NCBI GenBank assembly: GCA_002707835.1 | Contig: PANZ01000012.1 | Coordinates: 55,340-98,690, forward strand | Direction: 5' to 3' | From: Chloroflexota bacterium | GTDB lineage: Bacteria; Chloroflexota; Dehalococcoidia; UBA2979 | DNA: 43,351 bases | The notes under the pieces: model-generated | Database searches by the model: none | What the model was told of the DNA's origin: nothing | What the model saw: the letters and a program-made list of their open reading frames with translations, nothing else | Part shown: positions 29,539-39,375 of the stretch, piece by piece | Numbering within the stretch: position 1 is the stretch's first letter | Layout of the letters: each line of letters begins with the position of its first letter | Made by a program: the position numbers and the translations under genes

Positions 29539-30693
29539 TTAATTGCTACTCTCAATTCTAATTGACACGATTGTAATATTCTCCTTATCGACATCAGGTT
29601 CAATTGAGAGAATACCGTTATAACCTAAATTAGTATTTTGAAAACCTAATAAACTAGATGATTCTCGAGACATATCTTCAACCAATTCCCATCCTTGAGT
29701 ATTTAGTAACTCGCGGTACAAATCTGCTATTGCCGAGACTGTCTCATTAGACTGTAATGAACTTTGAAAATTTGTAGCGCCTTGATCTACAGACCAATTA
29801 AGATCGGTAACCACTGAACCTTCTAGAAAAAGAAATTTAGCAGGAAATTTTTTAGGAATAGGGCGTGATATGGATTGTACTGTTGTTCTTATATCAAATT
29901 CCATATCCGATTCAATATCTAACCGATACATTACGGATGATTTTGCAGAAGTAATTTCATCTAAATTGGCCATAACATTATCAAGATCATTTATTGATTC
30001 AATTTTATTACCTTCAATTGATGCAATTATGTCACCATTAATCAAGTTGGCATGATATCCCGAATCTGTTACGACTAGCGCATTACCTTCTTCTTCGTAA
30101 GTCAAACTGAGAAATGGTGCAATGCTTCCACGAGGGAATTCCACCAAAACTGATTCCTTATCACGTAAGATTTCCATATCAATCTTTAATGTGGGAGGTA
30201 AAGCCTGTATGGTCGCTAAACCTGTAATAGCTGGACTTTCAGTATTCCTAAAGGAAACAACCGAAAAAGTACTGCTTGATTGTCCACCGTCCAATTGCCA
30301 TGGACTAATATTCAATTGCTTTTGAATATCCTCTTCAACTCTTACAGCATTATCAAGAACATCGAAAATTAACCATACTACATGTGAACCATTCTGCTTT
30401 AAGACATGATAGGAAGTTAATAATTCTCCTTCTGGGTGAACAGGGAGCGCCATAGGTTCTTCACGAGTTTGATAAGTTGTTGAGTTTAATAAATATGATA
30501 AGTACGGAGGTAAGCTTTTTTCAAAATAAAATACCTGACTGTCTGTATCACTACCTTCAAACAAACGAAAATATTGATCAGATCCATTGGAAAAATTTGA
30601 TAAATCTTTTGAATCTTCTCTATCGACAAAACAAGATAAACCAAGACACGCAATAATAGTTATTAAAAAATAAATTCTTTTTGACATAGACAC
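29539..30693 (-). CDS. Hypothetical lipoprotein with a central PDZ-like segment
   Basis: Signal peptide with lipobox LGLSC; L..GDII.SIEG.KI.S..DL resembles PDZ; C-terminal Y...L...GW motif. Confidence 0.65.
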   Translation of the reverse strand: MSMSKRIYFLITIIACLGLSCFVDREDSKDLSNFSNGSDQYFRLFEGSDTDSQVFYFEKSLPPYLSYLLNSTTYQTREEPMALPVHPEGELLTSYHVLKQNGSHVVWLIFDVLDNAVRVEEDIQKQLNISPWQLDGGQSSSTFSVVSFRNTESPAITGLATIQALPPTLKIDMEILRDKESVLVEFPRGSIAPFLSLTYEEEGNALVVTDSGYHANLINGDIIASIEGNKIESINDLDNVMANLDEITSAKSSVMYRLDIESDMEFDIRTTVQSISRPIPKKFPAKFLFLEGSVVTDLNWSVDQGATNFQSSLQSNETVSAIADLYRELLNTQGWELVEDMSRESSSLLGFQNTNLGYNGILSIEPDVDKENITIVSIRIESSN

Positions 30694-30700
30694 TCATAAA

Positions 30701-30777
30701 TGGGGTGGATGATGGGATTTGAACCCACGGTCTCCTGGGCCACAACCAGGCGCTTTAACCACTAAGCTACACCCACC
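30701..30777 (-). tRNA. tRNA-His (GUG)
   Basis: Cloverleaf GGTGGGTGTAGCTTAGTGGTTAAAGCGCCTGGTTGTGGCCCAGG...GGTTCAAATCCCATCATCCACCCCA; GTG anticodon, encoded G-1:C73 and CCA. Confidence 0.97.
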
Positions 30778-30862
30778 ATGTAAATCACTATCAATGAAAT
30801 GATCGTAACATTTAGTTAGCAAGAGATCCCATTATGCTACTAATAAACAAAATAAAATACTG

Positions 30863-31366
30863 CTATTCAGCTTCCTTCGCAAGTTTTCGATATCGACCTT
30901 TGAAAAATAAAAGCGGATCAACAGATGAGTCATTTGAGGAAAAATCGACAACCTCACCCACAACTATAGTATGATCTCCACCAGGAAATTGATCACGCAC
31001 CTTACATTCAGCAAATGCTACGCAATCATCTAAAATAGGAGTCCCTAAAATACCCGCATGATAAGGAGTTCCGCCAAGAGGCTCTTCCATTCGTCCATGT
31101 TTGGCAAATAGAGTAGAAATGCCTTCTTGATTTTCACCCAGTATGTTAACTGCAAATGAACTCGTCTCCGATAGTGCTTCATGCATTGAAGCAGTTTTGG
31201 CAACACAAATTAATAGCAATGGTGGATCTAAGGATAATGAAGAAAATGCATTGGCAGTCATTCCATATAGCTCTTTAGATTCTAGAGTAACAACAGTCAC
31301 TCCTGTAGCAAAAATTCCCATCGTGTCTCGAAATGATCTGGAATCTCCTGATTTTTCTTCACTCAT
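30863..31366 (-). CDS. Flavin reductase family protein (HpaC/RutF-like)
   Basis: FR..MG.FATGVTVVT, GMTANAFSSLSLDPPL, GDH.I..GEV, PLLF..G.Y. Confidence 0.93.
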   Translation of the reverse strand: MSEEKSGDSRSFRDTMGIFATGVTVVTLESKELYGMTANAFSSLSLDPPLLLICVAKTASMHEALSETSSFAVNILGENQEGISTLFAKHGRMEEPLGGTPYHAGILGTPILDDCVAFAECKVRDQFPGGDHTIVVGEVVDFSSNDSSVDPLLFFKGRYRKLAKEAE

Positions 31367-31397
31367 TCAACACCTCAGATTCAAAATAATCACTAGT

Positions 31398-31494
31398 TGG
31401 CGGGAGTGCGTGGGAGTCGAACCCACCCAGGACTACGACGTAGCCCCGCAACGGTTTTGAAGACCGCGAACACCACCAGGCACTATCCACTCCC
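31398..31494 (-). tRNA. selC: tRNA-Sec (UCA)
   Basis: 97 nt; anticodon loop CTTCAAA; 6-bp D stem with TGGT loop; long variable arm CGGGGCTAC/GTAGTCCTG; 8/5 acceptor/T-stem register; G73 and CCA. Confidence 0.96.
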
Positions 31495-31585
31495 ACACAC
31501 ATCATACTTATAGATTAGGAATTGGAGTATCACTAATCATGTATTATTATGCATAAAGATAATTATATAAGAGCAGGTAAAAAAA

Positions 31586-32089
31586 TTGACAATCGAACAA
31601 CCTTCAGAAGACGATCTTTCGCAAGCTTCACCAGACAATATCAATAAGATGCGCAAGTTTGTTAATAATTTTGCAGAAAAAAGTGGTAGCTTTTTACACC
31701 CACAATCTGAGATTACAGAATTTCTAGTAATCGGTTTAGCAAAAAATATTGATGAGGTAGGACGACCTCTTTGCCCATGTATGTTTTTTGAAGACAAGGA
31801 AGAAGAGATCGAAAAGAAATTTTGGATTTGCCCTTGTGAAGAAATGCAGAGATGGAAATATTGCCACTGACTACTCTTTTGCGACGAGGAAGGTCTTCCC
31901 GTCACAGAACATTTACCAGAAGATCATGAAGGCCGAGAAGCTTATGGTCATCGCAAAGACCCAGACCCTAGTAAAGGTAGGGCTTTAGGAAAGCTTGAAG
32001 AAAAACAAGGTAGGTCACTTAAAAAAGGACAGCGAGCCAGTGAAGACTCCGATCAAACTGAAAATCAAAATCCGAAAAATGTTATTTAG
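31586..32089 (+). CDS. Selenocysteine-containing ferredoxin:thioredoxin reductase catalytic subunit (167 aa, Sec at codon 95)
   Basis: C63PC65...C82PC84...C93-H-[TGA 31868-31870]-LLF has the spacing of the FTR CPC/CPC/CHC motif; frame continues 72 codons to TAG 32087-32089; SECIS-like hairpin follows; tRNA-Sec adjacent. Confidence 0.9.
31877..31909 (+). promoter_or_regulatory. Bacterial SECIS element
   Basis: TTTTG-c-GACG-a-GGAA-[GGTC]-TTCC-CGTC-a-CAGAA hairpin; G-initiated apical loop 21 nt after the UGA. Confidence 0.8.
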
Positions 32090-32409
32090 AGTACCGCATC
32101 TATATGCTTGGCAAGTTCACTTTTTGGACGAAATCCTATAACTTGACCAACATTTTCACCACCTTTGAAAAGTAATAATGTTGGGATAGAACGAATTCCA
32201 TACTTACCTGATACTTGAGGATTCTCATCAGTATTTAGCTTCACAAATTTAACTTGTCCATCGTAGTCATCAGATAATTCTTCTACAACTGGAGCCACCA
32301 TCCTGCAAGGTCCACACCAGGGAGCCCAAAAATCTACCAAAACAGGTAGTTCAGAATTTAAAACATCAACTTCAAATGTTGAATCTGTAGTATCCGTAGG
32401 ATGTGCCAT
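32086..32409 (-). CDS. trxA: Thioredoxin
   Basis: [15 protein letters not shown]. Confidence 0.97.
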   Translation of the reverse strand: MAHPTDTTDSTFEVDVLNSELPVLVDFWAPWCGPCRMVAPVVEELSDDYDGQVKFVKLNTDENPQVSGKYGIRSIPTLLLFKGGENVGQVIGFRPKSELAKHIDAVL

Positions 32410-32497
32410 TTTTCACCCGCTCTCTCTTCTCTTACTAGTATAATATAGTACGCAACGTAGCACTTGTTGGCCAGTTTTAACTTATAAACAAATATAA

Positions 32498-33496
32498 TTA
32501 AGTATATCGCGAAGAAATTATTGATTGAACTTGCTGGTGTATACCTAATTGATCTGTTTGGGCGGCATTTATTATCGCATTACTGACTGCGATAGCATCA
32601 CCACGACCATGGCCAATGAAAACTGCTCCCTCCACACCTAATAAAGGTGCAGCACCATATCTACGATAATCCAAATTAGATCGTACTTCACGAAGAGCTG
32701 GTAAAAGTAAAGCTCCTCCTAGACGAGAACGAAAAGATTTACGAGCTGTTGACCTCATGACATCAAACATCATAGAAACTGTCCCTTCCATAATTTTTAG
32801 GGCATTATTCCCAGTAAAACCATCTGTGACAATTACTTGGCAAGATCCCGTTACTATGTCACGTCCTTCGATGTTACCCACAAAATTTATAAATGAATCA
32901 TTTTCTAACTTTGCATAAGCTTCCTGAATGAGAGTTGAACCTTTTGAGGCTTCCTCACCAATAGACAAAAGACCAACTTTAGGTGAATCAAATCCATGAA
33001 TCATTTTCATATATACTGTACCCATATCAGCAAATTGAACTAAATGTGATGCTCGCGATTCAGCATTAGCACCTCCATCAATCAATAAAGATGGCCCACC
33101 TGGCGTAGGCAAAACTATTGCAAGTCCAGGACGTTCTACTCCTGGAAGTCTTCCTAGGTGAAGAAGAGCTGCAGCCAACATTGCACCTGTATTACCCATC
33201 GAAACAAATGCATCAGCTTTTTTACTTTTTACCAAGTCCATTCCAGTCCATATTGAAGATTCTGTACGATTACGTATCTGCATGCCCACATGTTCTTCCA
33301 TAGTAATTACATCAGAAGCATGTACTATCTCTAATGAGCTAGGAAAATCTCCCAACTTATTTATTTCTTGTTCCAATATGCGTTGATTGCCAATCAATAT
33401 AATCTGAACACCTTCATTAGCAGCTAATAAAGCACCTGCAACAGCAGATTCAGGTGCAGCATCACCTCCCATCCCATCAACAGCAATAACACTCAA
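32498..33496 (-). CDS. plsX: Phosphate acyltransferase PlsX
   Basis: IAVDGMGGD.AP, S.GNTGA, GVERP, IGEEASKG, DGFTGN, YGAAPLLG, HGR. Confidence 0.95.
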   Translation of the reverse strand: MSVIAVDGMGGDAAPESAVAGALLAANEGVQIILIGNQRILEQEINKLGDFPSSLEIVHASDVITMEEHVGMQIRNRTESSIWTGMDLVKSKKADAFVSMGNTGAMLAAALLHLGRLPGVERPGLAIVLPTPGGPSLLIDGGANAESRASHLVQFADMGTVYMKMIHGFDSPKVGLLSIGEEASKGSTLIQEAYAKLENDSFINFVGNIEGRDIVTGSCQVIVTDGFTGNNALKIMEGTVSMMFDVMRSTARKSFRSRLGGALLLPALREVRSNLDYRRYGAAPLLGVEGAVFIGHGRGDAIAVSNAIINAAQTDQLGIHQQVQSIISSRYT

Positions 33497-33517
33497 TTAA
33501 AAAACCCTCCGAAAAAT

Positions 33518-34348
33518 CTAAATATCGTTAGAAAAGACTAGAATCATCCTCTCCGATTCCTCACAAAAAACTCCATAATCATAATCGCCCCAAACATTTT
33601 CAATCTTTAAGCCTGCCATCTGGGCTACAAGGCTTAGCTCAGAAAAACTGAAGGAACGTAACTCAAACTGTGTACTCATTCTTCTAAGATAACCACTAGC
33701 TTCTTGTGTATCAAAATGCCAAGTTACATCCCGCAAAGAATGCACCGGATCATTAACAACACTCACCCATTTAGTGACTTGATATGTTAGATCATTCTTA
33801 ACATACTCCCTTGTCCAGTGTTCCAATACCGGTTGTATTCCTGCAACAGAAAGTTCTGGGTTGGTGCTTTCGATATCAATAATTAGACGACCATTTTTGT
33901 TTAAGTGCTGTTTGATATTTTTAAAAATTAAAACAACATCTTCTATATCAACTACATGTTGAAGCCCACCTAAAGGAATTAAAATGACAGAAAATTTTTC
34001 TTTAAATCGGAAATTTTTAAACTCAGCTAAGTGCAATTCAAGATCGATATTAGCAAGTCGATTTTTAGCGATTTCCAGCATAGATACACTATTATCAATC
34101 CCTACCAAATTTACATCAAGATCTATCAACGCCTCTAAGACACGTCCTGTACCACACCCTAGCTCAAGTACACTTCCAGAGTAATCTTGTACAAACTGCC
34201 TATAAAAGAAAAGATCATCCACGTATCCATCTAAATCTAGGTCATAAAATTGAGCAATATCAGCAAAAGGATCCTTCAAAAACGAATTTGTAATAATAGT
34301 TACTCCCAAAACAAAATTTTGCGTGATTACACAGCAATAATCGTTCAA
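33518..34348 (-). CDS. Class I SAM-dependent methyltransferase
   Basis: A.FYD, VLELGCGTGRV, GID.S.SML, L...G.LIID; true start probably near 34297-34278. Confidence 0.9.
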   Translation of the reverse strand: MNDYCCVITQNFVLGVTIITNSFLKDPFADIAQFYDLDLDGYVDDLFFYRQFVQDYSGSVLELGCGTGRVLEALIDLDVNLVGIDNSVSMLEIAKNRLANIDLELHLAEFKNFRFKEKFSVILIPLGGLQHVVDIEDVVLIFKNIKQHLNKNGRLIIDIESTNPELSVAGIQPVLEHWTREYVKNDLTYQVTKWVSVVNDPVHSLRDVTWHFDTQEASGYLRRMSTQFELRSFSFSELSLVAQMAGLKIENVWGDYDYGVFCEESERMILVFSNDI

Positions 34349-34455
34349 TATGTAAAATAGTCAATAACTCACATTACGCAATAATTAATATAACATTGTG
34401 TACACCTAAATAATTTTTACTGACAACAAAATTAAGAAAGAGCACGTCATCCAAA

Positions 34456-35370
34456 ATGGACTCTACTGGTAGTGAATCGACCTTATTTGATGAGTATTAT
34501 CACATTCGTAATATGACTAGTTTACGCGAAATAGAGTCAGAAATATCAAATGACCGTTCATTTTCAGCCTATGCACTAGGACACTTAGAAAAAGAGCTAT
34601 TCGAAAAATCAAAATTCTATTTATCAGAAAGTACAAACAGTAGAGGTATAGTTATGCATTCTACTGGATTAGGAAACACATCAATTACGATTGGGGATTC
34701 TAAGGCAATCTCTGCAATCCTTTCCATTTATCCCGGAAATAGACATTCGTATTTGGTAACAGGAGCTGAAGAACATCTGCCAATTTTGAGAAAATATTAT
34801 CACGTCGAAAAAATAACTTATTTGCAAAGAATGATGGTGAACCCTCAACATTTTTCACCTCAAAATGGACAAGTTGAAAGATTATCAGGTACGCACATTA
34901 ATGCACTCAATAATCTATATTTACCAGGCGGGGGACCATATTTTTCACAATCTAAAACTGTAGAACAGGCTGTATATTTTGGAATATTCAACAATGGAAT
35001 CCTTGTAGCAGCTGGCGGATCTCATGTGGTCGCACCTAATCAACAAATTGCTGTAGTCGGTAACATCTTTACAGATTTCAATTTTCGCGGGAAAGGCTAT
35101 GCTACGAATATTACCTCTGCCATTACACAACAACTACTAGACTACGGTTGTACTGATGTAATTCTAAGTGTGGACCCTGAAAATAAGCCCGCTGTGCTAG
35201 CTTATAAAAAATTAGGATTTCGTTTTAAATCTTATGTGACAGAAGCAAAATTAAAAAGGAAAGATTCTATTGGATTAAGAGTGAATATTCGTCGACAATT
35301 GGCTAAACGAAAAGGTCATACTTATCTAAAGTCCAAATCAACATTCTTGGTTCCCCTAAATAATAGCTAA
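34456..35370 (+). CDS. GNAT family N-acetyltransferase
   Basis: GNIFT...FRGKGYA, L.V...N.PA..AYKKLGF in the C-terminal half. Confidence 0.88.
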   Translation: MDSTGSESTLFDEYYHIRNMTSLREIESEISNDRSFSAYALGHLEKELFEKSKFYLSESTNSRGIVMHSTGLGNTSITIGDSKAISAILSIYPGNRHSYLVTGAEEHLPILRKYYHVEKITYLQRMMVNPQHFSPQNGQVERLSGTHINALNNLYLPGGGPYFSQSKTVEQAVYFGIFNNGILVAAGGSHVVAPNQQIAVVGNIFTDFNFRGKGYATNITSAITQQLLDYGCTDVILSVDPENKPAVLAYKKLGFRFKSYVTEAKLKRKDSIGLRVNIRRQLAKRKGHTYLKSKSTFLVPLNNS

Positions 35371-35411
35371 TAATAGTATGGCAGTTAAGGACGTCAGCGA
35401 AGGAGGCCGTA

Positions 35412-36683
35412 ATGAATAGCAAATCCTATCAGGGCGATATCAAAGATCCATCATTGATCGACCAAGGAATTCAAAGAATTAATTGGGCAGCTAGAGAAAT
35501 GCCAGTTCTCCAAAAAATTAGAAATAGATTTCAAACAGAACTACCATTAAAAAATATTCGTATCGCTGGATGTCTACATGTTACCTCTGAAACTGCGAAT
35601 TTAATGATTACTCTTAAGGCGGCTGGTGCAGATATACAATTGGCAGCTTCAAATCCCTTGTCCACACAAGACGACATCGCAGCTGCTCTTAGCCTGGAGT
35701 ACGATGTCCCGACATATGCTATTAGAGGAGAGGATAATGATACTTACCATCAACACCTCGAGAAAATATTAGATTTCAAGCCTCAACTTACAATGGATGA
35801 TGGAGCTGATCTAGTAGCTTTATTACATTCAAAAGATCCAAAAGAAAGTGTTGGTGTAGTTGGAGGTACTGAAGAAACGACTACAGGTGTAATACGGCTA
35901 AGAGCTTTGGCAAGTGAAGGAAATCTTCGTTACCCCATAATTGCAGTAAATGATGCAAATACTAAGCATTTTTTTGATAATCGATATGGTACTGGTCAGT
36001 CAACATTAGATGGGATAATTCGCGCAACCAATATATTGCTTGCTGGAAAAACTTTAGTAGTTTCTGGGTATGGATGGTGTGGAAAAGGCCTTGCCCTAAG
36101 AGGTAAGGGAATGGGGGCACGCGTAATTATAACTGAAGTTAATCCTTTACGTGCATTAGAAGCAGTCATGGATGGTTTCCAAGTACTTCCGATGCACAAT
36201 GCAGCACAAGAAGGAGATATTTTTGTAACAGTTACAGGTGATATTAATGTGTTGGACTATAGTTCATTTCAATTGATGAAATCTGGAGCAATACTTGCGA
36301 ATTCAGGACATTTTGATTCAGAAATAAATTTACCAGTCTTAAATAACATTTCTGAATCAAAACATAAATTAAGCGAATTCATGGAAGAATATACTCTCCC
36401 AGATGGAAGACAATTAATTGTTTTAGCAGAGGGACGTTTAGTTAATCTTGGCGCGGCTGAAGGTCATCCTGCCTCAGTCATGGATATGTCTTTTGCAAAT
36501 CAAGCATTAAGTTTGGAATATATGGCACAAGAGCACAAGAAATTAAAACCAAATGTTTACGAAGTTCCTTCTGCAATAGATGATGAAATAGCAAAACTGA
36601 AACTTGATGCTATGGGAATTAACATAGACAGTCTAACTGAAGAACAAGAAAATTATCTGAATTCATGGACTCTGGGTACTTAA
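35412..36683 (+). CDS. ahcY: Adenosylhomocysteinase
   Basis: [55 protein letters not shown]. Confidence 0.97.
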   Translation: MNSKSYQGDIKDPSLIDQGIQRINWAAREMPVLQKIRNRFQTELPLKNIRIAGCLHVTSETANLMITLKAAGADIQLAASNPLSTQDDIAAALSLEYDVPTYAIRGEDNDTYHQHLEKILDFKPQLTMDDGADLVALLHSKDPKESVGVVGGTEETTTGVIRLRALASEGNLRYPIIAVNDANTKHFFDNRYGTGQSTLDGIIRATNILLAGKTLVVSGYGWCGKGLALRGKGMGARVIITEVNPLRALEAVMDGFQVLPMHNAAQEGDIFVTVTGDINVLDYSSFQLMKSGAILANSGHFDSEINLPVLNNISESKHKLSEFMEEYTLPDGRQLIVLAEGRLVNLGAAEGHPASVMDMSFANQALSLEYMAQEHKKLKPNVYEVPSAIDDEIAKLKLDAMGINIDSLTEEQENYLNSWTLGT

Positions 36684-36716
36684 AATTGTATTCAATTTCG
36701 AAAGGATTATCCTAAT

Positions 36717-37925
36717 TTGAGCATCACTTTTATGACTGCACCATCTTTACTCTTTACAAGTGAATCCGTAACAGAAGGACATCCTGATAAATTATGCGAT
36801 CAAATTTCAGACGCAATTTTGGATGAATTTATAAAAAATGATCCTTCAGCAAGAGTCGCATGTGAGACTGCTACTACTAAAAATGCTGTTTTCGTAATGG
36901 GCGAAATCACAAGTAATGCCAAGGTCAATATAGAAAAAATTGTCCGCAAAACAATAGTAGATATCGGTTATACAGACGAATCAATAGGTATCAATGGCAA
37001 TACCTGTGATATAACCATAAAACTTAAAGAACAATCACCAGACATAGCAATCGGAGTTAACAAGTCCTTCGAAGTAAGAAATCAAACCTTAGAGTCTGAT
37101 CCCTACAATTTAGCAGGTGCTGGAGATCAGGGGATGATGATCGGATTTGCTTGTATTGAAACGCCTGATTTAATGCCATTAACTATTTCACTATCACATC
37201 AAATAACAAAAAAATTATCAGAATTGCGCCATGCTGCGATTTTGCCTTATCTATGCCCAGATGGAAAAGCACAGGTGACAATCGAATATAGCTACGGGAA
37301 ACCTAAACATATCTCTGCAATAGTAATTTCTTCCCAACATTTACCATCTGTTAGTGATCAGTTATTACGAGATGATTTATTAAAATATGTTGTAACTCCA
37401 ATCTGCCCACCTGAACTAATGGACAAAAACACAAAAATATTTATCAATCCCACTGGAAGGTTCGTCACAGGTGGACCTTTAGGCGATGCAGGTCTGACAG
37501 GAAGAAAAATTATCGTTGATACTTACGGAGGAGTTGCAAGGCATGGGGGGGGAGCATTCAGTGGAAAAGATCCCTCCAAAGTAGACCGATCTGCGGCATA
37601 TGCTGCACGACATCTTGCAAAAAATATTGTGGCAGCAAAAATTGCAGAGCGCTTCGAAGTACAAATTTCATATGCAATTGGTATGGCACAACCTACTTCA
37701 ATCGATTTTGAAACTTTTGGTACTGAAACAATCTCACGTGAAAAAATAACAAAATTAATAAGTGAACAATTCGACCTCAGACCCGCAGCAATAATTGATA
37801 GGTTCAAGCTTCAAAGACCTTTATATCTACAAACTGCATCATACGGTCACTTTGGAAGATCTGATCTAAATCTTCCTTGGGAAGATATTTCAGTTGCAGC
37901 GTCTCTAAAACACCTGTTGAATTAG
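36717..37925 (+). CDS. metK: S-adenosylmethionine synthetase
   Basis: [42 protein letters not shown]. Confidence 0.98.
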   Translation: MSITFMTAPSLLFTSESVTEGHPDKLCDQISDAILDEFIKNDPSARVACETATTKNAVFVMGEITSNAKVNIEKIVRKTIVDIGYTDESIGINGNTCDITIKLKEQSPDIAIGVNKSFEVRNQTLESDPYNLAGAGDQGMMIGFACIETPDLMPLTISLSHQITKKLSELRHAAILPYLCPDGKAQVTIEYSYGKPKHISAIVISSQHLPSVSDQLLRDDLLKYVVTPICPPELMDKNTKIFINPTGRFVTGGPLGDAGLTGRKIIVDTYGGVARHGGGAFSGKDPSKVDRSAAYAARHLAKNIVAAKIAERFEVQISYAIGMAQPTSIDFETFGTETISREKITKLISEQFDLRPAAIIDRFKLQRPLYLQTASYGHFGRSDLNLPWEDISVAASLKHLLN

Positions 37926-37931
37926 AGGTGA

Positions 37932-39371
37932 TTGTTGTCAACAATACGTTTTGGAACAGATGGTTGGCGAGCAATAATAGGTGAAGATTTCACTTTTACT
38001 AACGTAAGACTTTTAACACAAGCACTAGTTAAGTACTTATCTAAAGAACAACTCATTTCGAATGTTGTGGTAGGTTATGACACACGTTTTCTATCTTTTG
38101 AATTCGCAAAAACAGTTGCTGTTATAATTGCGCAAAACAACATTCCCGTGACAATGACATCATCTTTTGTACCAACTCCAGCGCTGTCATATTGCATCAC
38201 AGAATTGGGAGCAGACGCAGGCGTAATGGTTACTTCTAGCCATAACCCCTTTAATTGGAATGGAATAAAAATAAAAACCAGTGAAGGCATTAGTTTCCCT
38301 GATAGCGAAACCGCAATAATAGAATCTTATATCGACGATTCACGAATTTTTGATGTAAATGAACGTGAACTATTCGAGAAAAATCTTTCTGAAGGTCTCA
38401 TTAGATGGTACGACCCCCAACCTTCTTATATAAAAAACTTAGAAAATTTGGTAAATATAGAATCTATAAAACATTCAAACTTAAGAATTCTAATAGACCC
38501 CATGCATGGTTCTGCGCAAGGTTGGATGTTAAAAATCTTAGAAAAATCTACAATTGTACCCACTGAAATTCATGGGGATATCAATCCATCTTTCCCTTCA
38601 TTACACGCACCTGAACCTATAGCGCAAAATTTAACAGACTCTTTTAAACTGATGCATAATAACGAATATGATGTTTGTTTATCAACTGATGGAGATGGTG
38701 ACAGATTTGGCATCATCGACGACAAAGGTAATTTTATCAATCAATTAGAAGCTTTCGCTCTGCTGGTTTACTACTATTTTGAAATTAAGGAACTACAAGG
38801 TCCTCTCATAAGGTCAGTCACGATGAGTCGGATGATCGATAAATTAGGAGAAAAATATAATTCTCCAGTATTCGAAACTCCTGTTGGTTTCAAACACTTA
38901 AGTCAAAAAATGCTAGAAACCAAGGCATTACTAGCTGGAGAGGAATCAGGAGGTGCAGCTTTTATTGGCCATATTCCAGAGCGAGATGGAATACTAGCAG
39001 GATTAATTATCCTTGATTTAATTACAAGTACAGGTGAAAAAATTTCTGATTTACTGAGTGAGTTATACAAAATAGTAGGTCCCCACTCCTACCATCGCCT
39101 CGACATACCATTCGACAATACAAGAAGAGATGAAATACTTGATCGTCTAGAAAATATGCAACCCAATGATATCGCAGGATTCAAAATACTAAAAAAAGAC
39201 AATCCAGATGGTTACAGATTCACACTTACCGATGATTGGTGGCTATTAATCAGAATTAGTGGCACTGAACCATTAATAAGGATTTATGCCGAGATGCCAA
39301 ATAGCAATCTTGTAAAAAGGGCCTTGGATGAAGGTCAAAAATTATTATTTAATAATAATTTTCAAGATTAA
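37932..39371 (+). CDS. Phosphoglucomutase/phosphomannomutase family protein
   Basis: FGTDGWR, TSSHNP, DGDGDR, GEESGG, R.SGTEP. Confidence 0.94.
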   Translation: MLSTIRFGTDGWRAIIGEDFTFTNVRLLTQALVKYLSKEQLISNVVVGYDTRFLSFEFAKTVAVIIAQNNIPVTMTSSFVPTPALSYCITELGADAGVMVTSSHNPFNWNGIKIKTSEGISFPDSETAIIESYIDDSRIFDVNERELFEKNLSEGLIRWYDPQPSYIKNLENLVNIESIKHSNLRILIDPMHGSAQGWMLKILEKSTIVPTEIHGDINPSFPSLHAPEPIAQNLTDSFKLMHNNEYDVCLSTDGDGDRFGIIDDKGNFINQLEAFALLVYYYFEIKELQGPLIRSVTMSRMIDKLGEKYNSPVFETPVGFKHLSQKMLETKALLAGEESGGAAFIGHIPERDGILAGLIILDLITSTGEKISDLLSELYKIVGPHSYHRLDIPFDNTRRDEILDRLENMQPNDIAGFKILKKDNPDGYRFTLTDDWWLLIRISGTEPLIRIYAEMPNSNLVKRALDEGQKLLFNNNFQD

Positions 39372-39375
39372 ATCA

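Noticed and set aside
30701-31494. tRNA-anchored genomic island or prophage
   Set aside because: No integrase, no duplicated tRNA 3' end noticed, and flanking genes look like core genes.
31537-31988. ORFs 31537-31905 (-) and 31788-31988 (+); also FTR read as a pseudogene
   Set aside because: The ORFs are shadows of the FTR gene. A UGA at a catalytic Cys with a SECIS-like hairpin and adjacent tRNA-Sec fits recoding better than a nonsense mutation.
35371-35419. Possible SAM/SAH riboswitch or uORF ([13 protein letters not shown]) before ahcY-metK
   Set aside because: Only 41 nt of spacer, one weak 6-bp pairing (TATGGC/GCCGTA), and no recognisable SAM/SAH aptamer motifs.
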